Part shown: positions 1 through 15,000 of the stretch, piece after piece
Layout: each line of letters starts with the position of its first letter
Numbering within the stretch: the first letter of the stretch is position 1
From: Balanoglossus misakiensis
Lineage: Eukaryota; Animalia; Hemichordata
NCBI GenBank assembly: GCA_040954595.2
Contig: CM082582.2
Coordinates: 1,844,303-1,908,302, forward strand
Length of the DNA: 64,000 bases
Direction of reading: 5' to 3'
Program-made: the position numbers and the translations under genes
The notes under the pieces: generated by a model
Told to the model about the DNA's origin: nothing
What the model saw: the letters and a program-made list of their open reading frames with translations, nothing else
Database searches by the model: none

Positions 1-3000
1 TCACATTGACTTCATTAATGATCTGTGTCCATTCTTGCAGTCATGTCCATGTACGTGATGTGACTATAGACATATTGTGACCAGACAAATTATTACAACT
101 CTGGTATTCTGTTTACAATTTACTGACTTCAAGTAAAGTTGTTCACATTGACTTCATAAATGATCTGTGTCCATTCTTGCATTCATGTCCATGTACGTGA
201 TGTGTCTATAGACATATTGTGACCAGACAAATTAATACAACTATGGTATTCTGTTTACAATGTAATGACTTCAAGTAAAGTTGTTCACATAGACTTCATA
301 AATGATCTGTGTCCATTCTTGCAGTCATGTCCATGTACGTGATGTGTCTATAGACATATTGTGACCAGACAAATTATTACAACTCTGGTATTCTGTTTAC
401 AATTTACTGACTTCAAGTAAAGTTGTTCACATTGACTTCATAAATGATCTGTGTCCATTCTTGCATTCATGTACATGTACGTGATGTGTCTATAAACATA
501 TTGTGATCAGACAAACTATTCCAACTCATGTATTCTGTTTACAATGTGCTTACTTCAAGTAAAGTTGTTCACATTGACTTCATAAATGATCTGTGACCAT
601 TCTTTCATTTGTGTCAATTTACGTGATGTGTCTATAAACATATTGTGATCAGACAAACTATTTCAACTCATGTATTCTGTTTACAATGTACTGACTTCAA
701 GTAAAGTTGTTCATTTTGACTTCATAAATGATCTGTGTCCCTTCTTTCAGTCATGTCCGTTTACGTGATGTGTCGATAGACATATTGTGACCAGACAAAT
801 TATTACAACTCTGGTATTCTGTTTACAATTTACTGACTTCAAGTAAAGTTGTTCACATTGACTTCATAAATGATCTGTGTCCATTCTTGCATTCATGTCC
901 ATGTACGTGATGTGTCTATAGACATATTGTGACCAGACAAATTATTACAACTCTGGTATTCTGTTTACAATGTACTAACATGAAGTAAAGTTGTTCACAT
1001 TGACTTCATTAATGATCTGTGTCCATTCTTGCAGTCATGTCCATGTACGTGATGTGACTATAGACATATTGTGACCAGACAAATTATTACAACTCTGGTA
1101 TTCTGTTTACAATTTACTGACTTCAAGTAAAGTTGTTCACATTGACTTCATAAATGATCTGTGTCCATTCTTGCATTCATGTCCATGTACGTGATGTGTC
1201 TATAGACATATTGTGACCAGACAAATTAATACAACTATGGTATTCTGTTTACAATGTAATGACTTCAAGTAAAGTTGTTCACATAGACTTCATAAATGAT
1301 CTGTGTCCATTCTTGCAGTCATGTCCATGTACGTGATGTGTCTATAGACATATTGTGACCAGACAAATTATTACAACTCTGGTATTCTGTTTACAATTTA
1401 CTGACTTCAAGTAAAGTTGTTCACATTGACTTCATAAATGATCTGTGACCATTCTTTCATTTGTGTCAATTTACGTGATGTGTCTATAAACATATTGTGA
1501 TCAGACAAACTATTTCAACTCATGTATTCTGTTTACAATGTACTGACTTCAAGTAAAGTTGTTCACATTGACTTCATAAATGATCTGTGTCCATTCTTGC
1601 ATTCATGTCCATGTACGTGATGTGTCTGTAGACATATTGTGACCAGACAAATTATTACAACTCTGGTATTCTGTTTACAATTTACTGACTTCAAGTAAAG
1701 TTGTTCACATTGACTTCATAAATGATCTGTGTCCATTCTTGCATTCATGTCCATGTACGTGATGTGTCTATAGACATATTGTGATCAGACAAACTATTCC
1801 AACTCATGTATTCTGTTTACAATGTGCTTACTTCAAGTAAAGTTGTTCACATTGACTTCATAAATGATCTGTGACCATTCTTTCATTTGTGTCAATTTAC
1901 GTGATGTGTCTATAAACATATTGTGATCAGACAAACTATTTCAACTCATGTATTCTGTTTACAATGTACTGACTTCAAGTAAAGTTGTTCACATTGACTT
2001 CATAAATGATCTGTGTCCATTCTTGCATTCATGTCCATGTACGTGGTGTGTCTATAGACATATTGTGACCAGACAAATTAATACAACTATGGTATTCTGT
2101 TTACAATGTAATGACTTCAAGTAAAGTTGTTCACATTGACTTCATAAATGATCTGTGACCATTCTTTCATTTGTGTCAATTTACGTGATGTGTCTATAAA
2201 CATATTGTGATCAGACAAACTATTTCAACTCATGTATTCTGTTTACAATGTACTGACTTCAAGTAAAGTTGTTCACATTGACTTCATAAATGATCTGTGT
2301 CCATTCTTGCATTCATATCTATGTACGTGATGTGTCTATAGACATATTGTGACCAGACAAACTATTTCAACTCATGTATTCTGTTTGCAATGTACTGAAT
2401 TCAAGTAAAGTTGTTCACATTGACTTCATAAATGATCTGTGTCCATTCTTGCAGTCATGTCCATGTACGTGATGTGTCTATAGACATATTGTGACCAGAC
2501 AAATTATTACAACTCTGGTATTCTGTTTACAATTTACTGACTTCAAGTAAAGTTGTTCACATTGACTTCATAAATGATCTGTGTCCATTCTTGCATTCAT
2601 GTCCATGTACGTGATGTGTCTATAGACATATTGTGATCAGACAAACTATTCCAACTCATGTATTCTGTTTACAATGTGCTTACTTCAAGTAAAGTTGTTC
2701 ACATTGACTTCATAAATGATCTGTGACCATTGTTTCATTTGTGTCAATTTACGTGATGTGTCTATAGACATATTGTGATCAGACAAACTATTTCAACTCA
2801 TGTATTCTGTTTACAATGTACTGACATGAAGTATAGTTGTTCACATTGACTTCATAAATGATCTGTGTCCATTCTTGCATTCATATCTATTTACGTGATG
2901 TGTCTATAGACATATTGTGACCAGACAAACTATTTCAACTCATGTATTCTGTTTGCAATGTACTGAATTCAAGTAAAGTTGTTCACATTGACTTCATAAA

Positions 3001-6000
3001 TGATCTGTGTCCATTCTTGCATTCATGTCCATGTACGTGATGTGTCTATAGACATATTGTGACCAGACAAATTATTACAACTCTGGTTTTTGTTTACAAT
3101 TTACTGACTTCAAGTAAAGTTGTTCACTTTGACTTCATAAATGATCTGTGTCCATTCTTGCATTCATGTCCATGTACGTGATGTGTCTATAGACATATTG
3201 TGACCAGAAAAATTATTACAACTCTGGTATTCTGTTTACAATTTACTGACTTCAAGTAAAGTTGTTCACATTGACTTCATAAATGATCTGTGTCCATTCT
3301 TGCATTCATGTCCATGTACGTGATGTGTCTATAGACATATTGTGATCAGACAAATTATTACAACTGTGGTATTCTGTTTACAATGTACTGACATGAAGTA
3401 TAGTTGTTCACATTGACTTCATAAATGATCTGTGTCCATTCTTGCATTCATATCTATGTACGTGATGTGTCTATAGACATATTGTGACCAGACAAACTAT
3501 TTCAACTCATGTATTCTGTTTACAATGTACTGAATTCAAGTAAAGTTGTTCACATTGACTTCATAAATGATCTGTGTCCATTCTTGCATTCATGTCCATG
3601 TACGTGATGTGTCTATAGACATATTGCGACCAGACAAATTAATACAACTATGGTATTCTGTTTACAATGTAATGACTTCAAGTAAAGTTGTTCACATTGA
3701 CTTCATAAATGATCTGTGTCCATTCTTGCAGCCATGTCCATGTACGTGATGTGTCTATAGACATATTGTGACCAGACAAATTATTACAACTCTGGTATTC
3801 TGTTTACAATTTACTGACTTCAAGTGAAGTTGTTCACATTGACTTCATAAATGATCTGTGTCCATTCTTGCATTCATGTCCATGTACGTGATGTGTCTAT
3901 AGACATATTGTGACCAGACAAACTATTTCAACTCATGTATTCTGTTTGCAATGTACTGAATTCAAGTAAAGTTGTTCACATTGACTTCATAAATGATCTG
4001 TGTCCATTCTTGCATTCATGTCCATGTACGTGATGTGTCTATAGACATATTGTGACCAGACAAATTATTACAACTCTGGTTTCTGTTTACAATTTACTGA
4101 CTTCAAGTAAAGTTGTTCACATTGACTTCATAAATGATCTGTGTCCATTCTTGCATTCATGTCCATGTACGTGATGTGTCTATAGACATATTGTGATCAG
4201 ACAAATTATTACAACTGTGGTATTCTGTTTACAATGTACTGACATGAAGTATAGTTGTTCACATTGACTTCATAAATGATCTGTGTCCATTCTTGCATTC
4301 ATATCTATGTACGTGATGTGTCTATAGACATATTGTGACCAGACAAACTATTTCAACTCATGTATTCTGTTTACAATGTACTGAATTCAAGTAAAGTTGT
4401 TCACATTGACTTCATAAATGATCTGTGTCCATTCTTGCAGTCATGTCAATATACGTGATGTGTCTATAGACATATTGTGACCAGACAAATTATTACAACT
4501 CTGGTATTCTGTTTACAATTTACTGACTTCAAGTAAAGTTGTTCACATTGACTTCATAAATGATCTGTGTCCATTCTTGCATTCATGTCCATGTACGTGA
4601 TGTGTCTATAGACATATTGTGACCAGACAAATTAATACAACTATGGTATTCTGTTTACAATGTAATGACTTCAAGTAAAGTTGTTCACATTGACTTCATA
4701 AATGATCTGTGTCCATTCTTGCAGTCATGTCCATGTACGTGATGTGTCTATAGACATATTATGACTAGACAAATTATTACAACTCTGGTATTCTGTTTAC
4801 AATTTACTGACTTCAAGTGAAGTTGTTCACATTGACTTCATAAATGATCTGTGTCCATTCTTGCATTCATGTCCATGTACATGATGTGTCTATAGACATA
4901 TTGTGACCAGACAAACTATTTCAACTCATGTATTCTGTTTGCAATGTACTGAATTCAAGTAAAGTTGTTCACATTGACTTCATAAATGATCTGTGTCCAT
5001 TCTTGCATTCATGTCCATGTACGTGATGTGTCTATAGACATATTGTGACCAGACAAATTATTACAACTCTGGTATTCTGTTTACAATTTACTGACTTCAA
5101 GTAAAGTTGTTCACATTGACTTCATAAATGATCTGTGTCCATTCTTGCATTCATGTCCATGTACGTGATGTGTCTATAGATATATTGTGACCAGACAAAT
5201 TAATACAACTATGGTATTCTGTTTACAATGTAATGACTTCAAGTAAAGTCGTTCACATTGACTTCATAAATGATCTGTGTCCATTCTTGCAGTCATGTCC
5301 ATGTACGTGATGTGTCTATAGACATATTGTGACCAGACAAATTATTACAACTCTGGTATTCTGTTTACAATTTACTGACTTCAAGTGAAGTTGTTCACAT
5401 TGACTTCATAAATGATCTGTGTCCATTCTTGCATTCATGTCCATGTACGTGATGTGTCTATAGACATATTGTGACCAGACAAACTATTTCAACTCATGTA
5501 TTCTGTTTGCAATGTACTGAATTCAAGTAAAGTTGTTCACATTGACTTCATAAATGATCTGTGTCCATTCTTGCATTCATGTCCATGTACGTGATGTGTC
5601 TATAGACATATTGTGACCAGACAAATTATTACAACTCTGGTTTCTGTTTACAATTTACTGACTTCAAGTAAAGTTGTTCACATTGACTTCATAAATGATC
5701 TGTGTCCATTCTTGCATTCATGTCCATGTACGTGATGTGTCTATAGACATATTGTGATCAGACAAATTATTACAACTGTGGTATTCTGTTTACAATGTAC
5801 TGACATGAAGTATAGTTGTTCACATTGACTTCATAAATGATCTGTGTCCATTCTTGCATTCATATCTATGTACGTGATGTGTCTATAGACATATTGTGAC
5901 CAGACAAACTATTTCAACTCATGTATTCTGTTTACAATGTACTGAATTCAAGTAAAGTTGTTCACATTGACTTCATAAATGATCTGTGTCCATTCTTGCA

Positions 6001-9000
6001 GTCATGTCAATATACGTGATGTGTCTATAGACATATTGTGACCAGACAAATTATTACAACTCTGGTATTCTGTTTACAATTTACTGACTTCAAGTAAAGT
6101 TGTTCACATTGACTTCATAAATGATCTGTGTCCATTCTTGCATTCATGTCCATGTACGTGATGTGTCTATAGACATATTGTGACCAGACAAATTAATACA
6201 ACTATGGTATTCTGTTTACAATGTAATGACTTCAAGTAAAGTTGTTCACATTGACTTCATAAATGATCTGTGTCCATTCTTGCAGTCATGTCCATGTACG
6301 TGATGTGTCTATAGACATATTGTGACTAGACAAATTATTACAACTCTGGTATTCTGTTTACAATTTACTGACTTCAAGTGAAGTTGTTCACATTGACTTC
6401 ATAAATGATCTGTGTCCATTCTTGCATTCATGTCCATGTACGTGATGTGTCTATAGACATATTGTGACCAGACAAACTATTTCAACTCATGTATTCTGTT
6501 TGCAATGTACTGAATTCAAGTAAAGTTGTTCACATTGACTTCATAAATGATCTGTGTCCATTCTTGCATTCATGTCCATGTACGTGATGTGTCTATAGAC
6601 ATATTGTGACCAGACAAATTATTACAACTCTGGTTTTTGTTTACAATTTACTGACTTCAAGTAAAGTTGTTCACTTTGACTTCATAAATGATCTGTGTCC
6701 ATTCTTGCATTCATGTCCATGTACGTGATGTGTCTATAGACATATTGTGACCAGAAAAATTATTACAACTCTGGTATTCTGTTTACAATTTACTGACTTC
6801 AAGTAAAGTTGTTCACATTGACTTCATAAATGATCTGTGTCCATTCTTGCATTCATGTCCATGTACGTGATGTGTCTATAGACATATTGTGATCAGACAA
6901 ATTATTACAACTGTGGTATTCTGTTTACAATGTACTGACATGAAGTATAGTTGTTCACATTGACTTCATAAATGATCTGTGTCCATTCTTGCATTCATAT
7001 CTATGTACGTGATGTGTCTATAGACATATTGTGACCAGACAAACTATTTCAACTCATGTATTCTGTTTACAATGTACTGAATTCAAGTAAAGTTGTTCAC
7101 ATTGACTTCATAAATGATCTGTGTCCATTCTTGCAGTCATGTCAATATACGTGATGTGTCTATGGACATATTGTGACCAGACAAATTATTATAACTCTGG
7201 TATTCTGTTTACAATTTACTGACTTCAAGAAAAGTTGTTCACATTGACTTCATAAATGATCTGTGTCCATTCTTGCATTCATGTCCATGTACGTGATGTG
7301 TCTATAGACATATTGCGACCAGACAAATTAATACAACTATGGTATTCTGTTTACAATGTAATGACTTCAAGTAAAGTTGTTCACATTGACTTCATAAATG
7401 ATCTGTGTCCATTCTTGCAGCCATGTCCATGTACGTGATGTGTCTATAGACATATTGTGACCAGACAAATTATTACAACTCTGGTATTCTGTTTACAATT
7501 TACTGACTTCAAGTGAAGTTGTTCACATTGACTTCATAAATGATCTGTGTCCATTCTTGCATTCATGTCCATGTACGTGATGTGTCTATAGACATATTGT
7601 GACCAGACAAACTATTTCAACTCATGTATTCTGTTTGCAATGTACTGAATTCAAGTAAAGTTGTTCACATTGACTTCATAAATGATCTGTGTCCATTCTT
7701 GCATTCATGTCCATGTACGTGATGTGTCTATAGACATATTGTGACCAGACAAATTATTACAACTCTGGTTTCTGTTTACAATTTACTGACTTCAAGTAAA
7801 GTTGTTCACATTGACTTCATAAATGATCTGTGTCCATTCTTGCATTCATGTCCATGTACGTGATGTGTCTATAGACATATTGTGATCAGACAAATTATTA
7901 CAACTGTGGTATTCTGTTTACAATGTACTGACATGAAGTATAGTTGTTCACATTGACTTCATAAATGATCTGTGTCCATTCTTGCATTCATATCTATGTA
8001 CGTGATGTGTCTATAGACATATTGTGACCAGACAAACTATTTCAACTCATGTATTCTGTTTACAATGTACTGAATTCAAGTAAAGTTGTTCACATTGACT
8101 TCATAAATGATCTGTGTCCATTCTTGCAGTCATGTCAATATACGTGATGTGTCTATAGACATATTGTGACCAGACAAATTATTACAACTCTGGTATTCTG
8201 TTTACAATTTACTGACTTCAAGTAAAGTTGTTCACATTGACTTCATAAATGATCTGTGTCCATTCTTGCATTCATGTCCATGTACGTGATGTGTCTATAG
8301 ACATATTGTGACCAGACAAATTAATACAACTATGGTATTCTGTTTACAATGTAATGACTTCAAGTAAAGTTGTTCACATTGACTTCATAAATGATCTGTG
8401 TCCATTCTTGCAGTCATGTCCATGTACGTGATGTGTCTATAGACATATTGTGACTAGACAAATTATTACAACTCTGGTATTCTGTTTACAATTTACTGAC
8501 TTCAAGTGAAGTTGTTCACATTGACTTCATAAATGATCTGTGTCCATTCTTGCATTCATGTCCATGTACGTGATGTGTCTATAGACATATTGTGACCAGA
8601 CAAACTATTTCAACTCATGTATTCTGTTTGCAATGTACTGAATTCAAGTAAAGTTGTTCACATTGACTTCATAAATGATCTGTGTCCATTCTTGCATTCA
8701 TGTCCATGTACGTGATGTGTCTATAGACATATTGTGACCAGACAAATTATTACAACTCTGGTATTCTGTTTACAATTTACTGACTTCAAGTAAAGTTGTT
8801 CACATTGACTTCATAAATGATCTGTGTCCATTCTTGCATTCATGTCCATGTACGTGATGTGTCTATAGATATATTGTGACCAGACAAATTAATACAACTA
8901 TGGTATTCTGTTTACAATGTAATGACTTCAAGTAAAGTCGTTCACATTGACTTCATAAATGATCTGTGTCCATTCTTGCAGTCATGTCCATGTACGTGAT

Positions 9001-12000
9001 GTGTCTATAGACATATTGTGACCAGACAAATTATTACAACTCTGGTATTCTGTTTACAATTTACTGACTTCAAGTGAAGTTGTTCACATTGACTTCATAA
9101 ATGATCTGTGTCCATTCTTGCATTCATGTCCATGTACGTGATGTGTCTATAGACATATTGTGACCAGACAAACTATTTCAACTCATGTATTCTGTTTGCA
9201 ATGTACTGAATTCAAGTAAAGTTGTTCACATTGACTTCATAAATGATCTGTGTCCATTCTTGCATTCATGTCCATGTACGTGATGTGTCTATAGACATAT
9301 TGTGACCAGACAAATTATTACAACTCTGGTTTCTGTTTACAATTTACTGACTTCAAGTAAAGTTGTTCACATTGACTTCATAAATGATCTGTGTCCATTC
9401 TTGCATTCATGTCCATGTACGTGATGTGTCTATAGACATATTGTGATCAGACAAATTATTACAACTGTGGTATTCTGTTTACAATGTACTGACATGAAGT
9501 ATAGTTGTTCACATTGACTTCATAAATGATCTGTGTCCATTCTTGCATTCATATCTATGTACGTGATGTGTCTATAGACATATTGTGACCAGACAAACTA
9601 TTTCAACTCATGTATTCTGTTTACAATGTACTGAATTCAAGTAAAGTTGTTCACATTGACTTCATAAATGATCTGTGTCCATTCTTGCAGTCATGTCAAT
9701 ATACGTGATGTGTCTATAGACATATTGTGACCAGACAAATTATTACAACTCTGGTATTCTGTTTACAATTTACTGACTTCAAGTAAAGTTGTTCACATTG
9801 ACTTCATAAATGATCTGTGTCCATTCTTGCATTCATGTCCATGTACGTGATGTGTCTATAGACATATTGTGACCAGACAAATTAATACAACTATGGTATT
9901 CTGTTTACAATGTAATGACTTCAAGTAAAGTTGTTCACATTGACTTCATAAATGATCTGTGTCCATTCTTGCAGTCATGTCCATGTACGTGATGTGTCTA
10001 TAGACATATTGTGACTAGACAAATTATTACAACTCTGGTATTCTGTTTACAATTTACTGACTTCAAGTGAAGTTGTTCACATTGACTTCATAAATGATCT
10101 GTGTCCATTCTTGCATTCATGTCCATGTACGTGATGTGTCTATAGACATATTGTGACCAGACAAACTATTTCAACTCATGTATTCTGTTTGCAATGTACT
10201 GAATTCAAGTAAAGTTGTTCACATTGACTTCATAAATGATCTGTGTCCATTCTTGCATTCATGTCCATGTACGTGATGTGTCTATAGACATATTGTGACC
10301 AGACAAATTATTACAACTCTGGTATTCTGTTTACAATTTACTGACTTCAAGTAAAGTTGTTCACATTGACTTCATAAATGATCTGTGTCCATTCTTGCAT
10401 TCATGTCCATGTACGTGATGTGTCTATAGATATATTGTGACCAGACAAATTAATACAACTATGGTATTCTGTTTACAATGTAATGACTTCAAGTAAAGTC
10501 GTTCACATTGACTTCATAAATGATCTGTGTCCATTCTTGCAGTCATGTCCATGTACGTGATGTGTCTATAGACATATTGTGACCAGACAAATTATTACAA
10601 CTCTGGTATTCTGTTTACAATTTACTGACTTCAAGTGAAGTTGTTCACATTGACTTCATAAATGATCTGTGTCCATTCTTGCATTCATGTCCATGTACGT
10701 GATGTGTCTATAGACATATTGTGACCAGACAAACTATTTCAACTCATGTATTCTGTTTGCAATGTACTGGATTCAAGTAAAGTTGTTCACATTGACTTCA
10801 TAAATGATTTGTGTCCATTCTTGCATTCATGTCCATGTACGTGATGTGTCTATAGACATATTGTGACCAGACAAATTATTACAACTCTGGTATTCTGTTT
10901 ACAATTTACTGACTTCAAGTAAAGTTGTTCACATTGACTTCATAAATGATCTGTGTCCATTCTTGCATTCATGTCCATGTACGTGATGTGTCTATAGACA
11001 TATTGTGATCAGACAAATTATTACAACTGTGGTATTCTGTTTACAATGTACTGACATGAAGTATAGTTGTTCACATTGACTTCATAAATGATCTGTGTCC
11101 ATTCTTGCATTCATATCTATGTACGTGATGTGTCTATAGACATATTGTGACCAGACAAACTATTTCAACTCATGTATTCTGTTTACAATGTACTGAATTC
11201 AAGTAAAGTTGTTCACATTGACTTCATAAATGATCTGTGTCCATTCTTGCAGTCATGTCAATATACGTGATGTGTCTATAGACATATTGTGACCAGACAA
11301 ATTATTACAACTCTGGTATTCTGTTTACAATTTACTGACTTCAAGTAAAGTTGTTCACATTGACTTCATAAATGATCTGTGTCCATTCTTGCATTCGTGT
11401 CCATGTACGTGATTTGTCTATAGACATATTGTGACCAGACAAATTAATACAACTATGGTATTCTGTTTACAATGTAATGACTTCAAGTAAAGTTGTTCAC
11501 ATTGACTTCATAAATGATCTGTGTCCATTCTTGCAGTCATGTCCATGTACGTGATGTGTCTATAGACATATTGTGACCAGACAAATTATTACAACTCTGG
11601 TATTCTGTTTACAATTTACTGACTTCAAGTGAAGTTGTTCACATTGACTTCATAAATGATCTGTGTCCATTCTTGCATTCATGTACATGTACGTGATGTG
11701 TCTATAGACATATTGTGACCAGACAAACTATTTCAACTCATGTATTCTGTTTGCAATATACTGAATTCAAGTAAAGTTGTTCACATTGACTTCATAAATG
11801 ATCTGTGTCCATTCTTGCATTCATGTCCATGTACGTGATGTGTCTATAGACATATTGTGACCAGACAAATTATTACAACTCTGGTTTCTGTTTACAATTT
11901 ACTGACTTCAAGTAAAGTTGTTCACTTTGACTTCATAAATGATCTGTGTCCAATCTTGCATTCATGTCCATGTACGTGATGTGTCTATAGACATATTGTG

Positions 12001-15000
12001 ACCAGAAAAATTATTACAACTCTGGTATTCTGTTTACAATTTACTGACTTCAAGTAAAGTTGTTCACGTTGACTTCATAAATGATCTGTGTCCATTCTTG
12101 CATTCATGTCCATGTACGTGATGTGTCTATAGACATATTGTGATCAGACAAATTATTACAACTGTGGTATTCTGTTTACAATGTACTGACATGAAGTATA
12201 GTTGTTCACATTGACTTCATAAATGATCTGTGTCCATTCTTGCATTCATATCTATGTACGTGATGTGTCTATAGACATATTGTGACCAGACAAACTATTT
12301 CAACTCATGTATTCTGTTTACAATGTACTGAATTCAAGTAAAGTTGTTCACATTGACTTCATAAATGATCTGTGTCCATTCTTGCAGTCATGTCAATATA
12401 CGTGATGTGTCTATAGACATATTGTGACCAGACAAATTATTACAACTCTGGTATTCTGTTTACAATTTACTGACTTCAAGTAAAGTTGTTCACATTGACT
12501 TCATAAATGATCTGTGTCCATTCTTGCATTCATGTCCATGTACGTGATTTGTCTATAGACATATTGTGACCAGACAAATTAATACAACTATGGTATTCTG
12601 TTTACAATGTAATGACTTCAAGTAAAGTTGTTCACATTGACTTCATAAATGATCTGTGTCCATTCTTGCAGTCATGTCCATGTACGTGATGTGTCTATAG
12701 ACATATTGTGACCAGACAAATTATTACAACTCTGGTATTCTGTTTACAATTTACTGACTTCAAGTGAAGTTGTTCACATTGACTTCATAAATGATCTGTG
12801 TCCATTCTTGCATTCATGTACATGTACGTGATGTGTCTATAGACATATTGTGACCAGACAAACTATTTCAACTCATGTATTCTGTTTGCAATATACTGAA
12901 TTCAAGTAAAGTTGTTCACATTGACTTCATAAATGATCTGTGTCCATTCTTGCATTCATGTCCATGTACGTGATGTGTCTATAGACATATTGTGACCAGA
13001 CAAATTATTACAACTCTGGTTTCTGTTTACAATTTACTGACTTCAAGTAAAGTTGTTCACTTTGACTTCATAAATGATCTGTGTCCATTCTTGCATTCAT
13101 GTCCATGTACGTGATGTGTCTATAGACATATTGTGACCAGAAAAATTATTACAACTCTGGTATTCTGTTTACAATTTACTGACTTCAAGTAAAGTTGTTC
13201 ACATTGACTTCATAAATGATCTGTGTCCATTCTTGCATTCATGTCCATGTACGTGATGTGTCTATAGACATATTGTGATCAGACAAATTATTACAACTGT
13301 GGTATTCTGTTTACAATGTACTGACATGAAGTATAGTTGTTCACATTGACTTCATAAATGATCTGTGTCCATTCTTGCATTCATATCTATGTACGTGATG
13401 TGTCTATAGACATATTGTGACCAGACAAACTATTTCAACTCATGTATTCTGTTTACAATGTACTGAATTCAAGTAAAGTTGTTCACATTGACTTCATAAA
13501 TGATCTGTGTCCATTCTTGCAGTCATGTCAATATACGTGATGTGTCTATAGACATATTGTGACCAGACAAATTATTACAACTCTGGTATTCTGTTTACAA
13601 TTTACTGACTTCAAGTAAAGTTGTTCACATTGACTTCATAAATGATCTGTGTCCATTCTTGCATTCATGTCCATGTACGTGATGTGTCTATAGACATATT
13701 GTGACCAGACAAATTAATACAACTATGGTATTCTGTTTACAATGTAATGACTTCAAGTAAAGTTGTTCACATTGACTTCATAAATGATCTGTGTCCATTC
13801 TTGCAGTCATGTCCATGTACGTGATGTGTCTATAGACATATTGTGACCAGACAAATTATTACAACTCTGGTATTCTGTTTACAATTTACTGACTTCAAGT
13901 GAAGTTGTTCACATTGACTTCATAAATGATCTGTGTCCATTCTTGCATTCATGTCCATGTACGTGATGTGTCTATAGACATATTGTGACCAGACAAATTA
14001 TTACAACTCTGATATTCTGTTTACAATGTACTGACATAAAGTAAAATTGTTCACATTGACTTCATAAATGATCTGTGTCCATTCTTGCATTCATGTCCAT
14101 GTACGTGATGTGTCTATAGACATATTGTGATCAGACAAACTATTCCAACTCATGTATTCTGTTTACAATGTGCTTACTTCAAGTAAAGTTGTTCACATTG
14201 ACTTCATAAATGATCTGTGACCATTCTTGCATTCATGTCCATGTACGTGATGTGTTTATAGACATATTGTGACCAGACAAATTATTACAACTCTGGTATT
14301 CTGTTTACAATTTACTGACTTCAAGTGAAGTTGTTCACATTGACTTCATAAATGATCTGTGTCCATTCTTGCATTCATGTCCATGTACGTGATGTGTCTA
14401 TAGACATATTGTGACCAGACAAATTATTACAACTCTGGTATTCTGTTTACAATGTACTGACTTCAAGTAAAGTTGTTCACATTGACTTCATAAATGATCT
14501 GTGACCATTCTTGCATTCATGTCCATGTACGTGATGTGTTTATAGACATATTGTGACCAGACAAATTAATACAACTATGGTATTCTGTTTACAATGTAAT
14601 GACTTCAAGTAAAGTTGTTCACATTGACTTCATAAATGATCTGTGTCCATTCTTGCAGTCATGTCCATGTACGTGATGTGTCTATAGACATATTGTGACC
14701 AGACAAATTATTACAACTCTGGTATTCTGTTTACAATTAACTGACTTCATAAATGATCTGTGTCCATTCTTGCATTCATGTCCACGTACGTGATGTGTCT
14801 ATAGACATATTTTGACCAGACAAATTATTACAACTCTGGTATTCTGTTTACAATTTACTGACTTCAAGTGAAGTTGTTCACATTGACTTCATAAATGATC
14901 TGTGTCCATTCTTGCATTCATGTCCATGTACGTGATGTGTCTATAGACATATTGTGACCAGACAAATTATTACAACTCTGATATTCTGTTTACAATGTAC

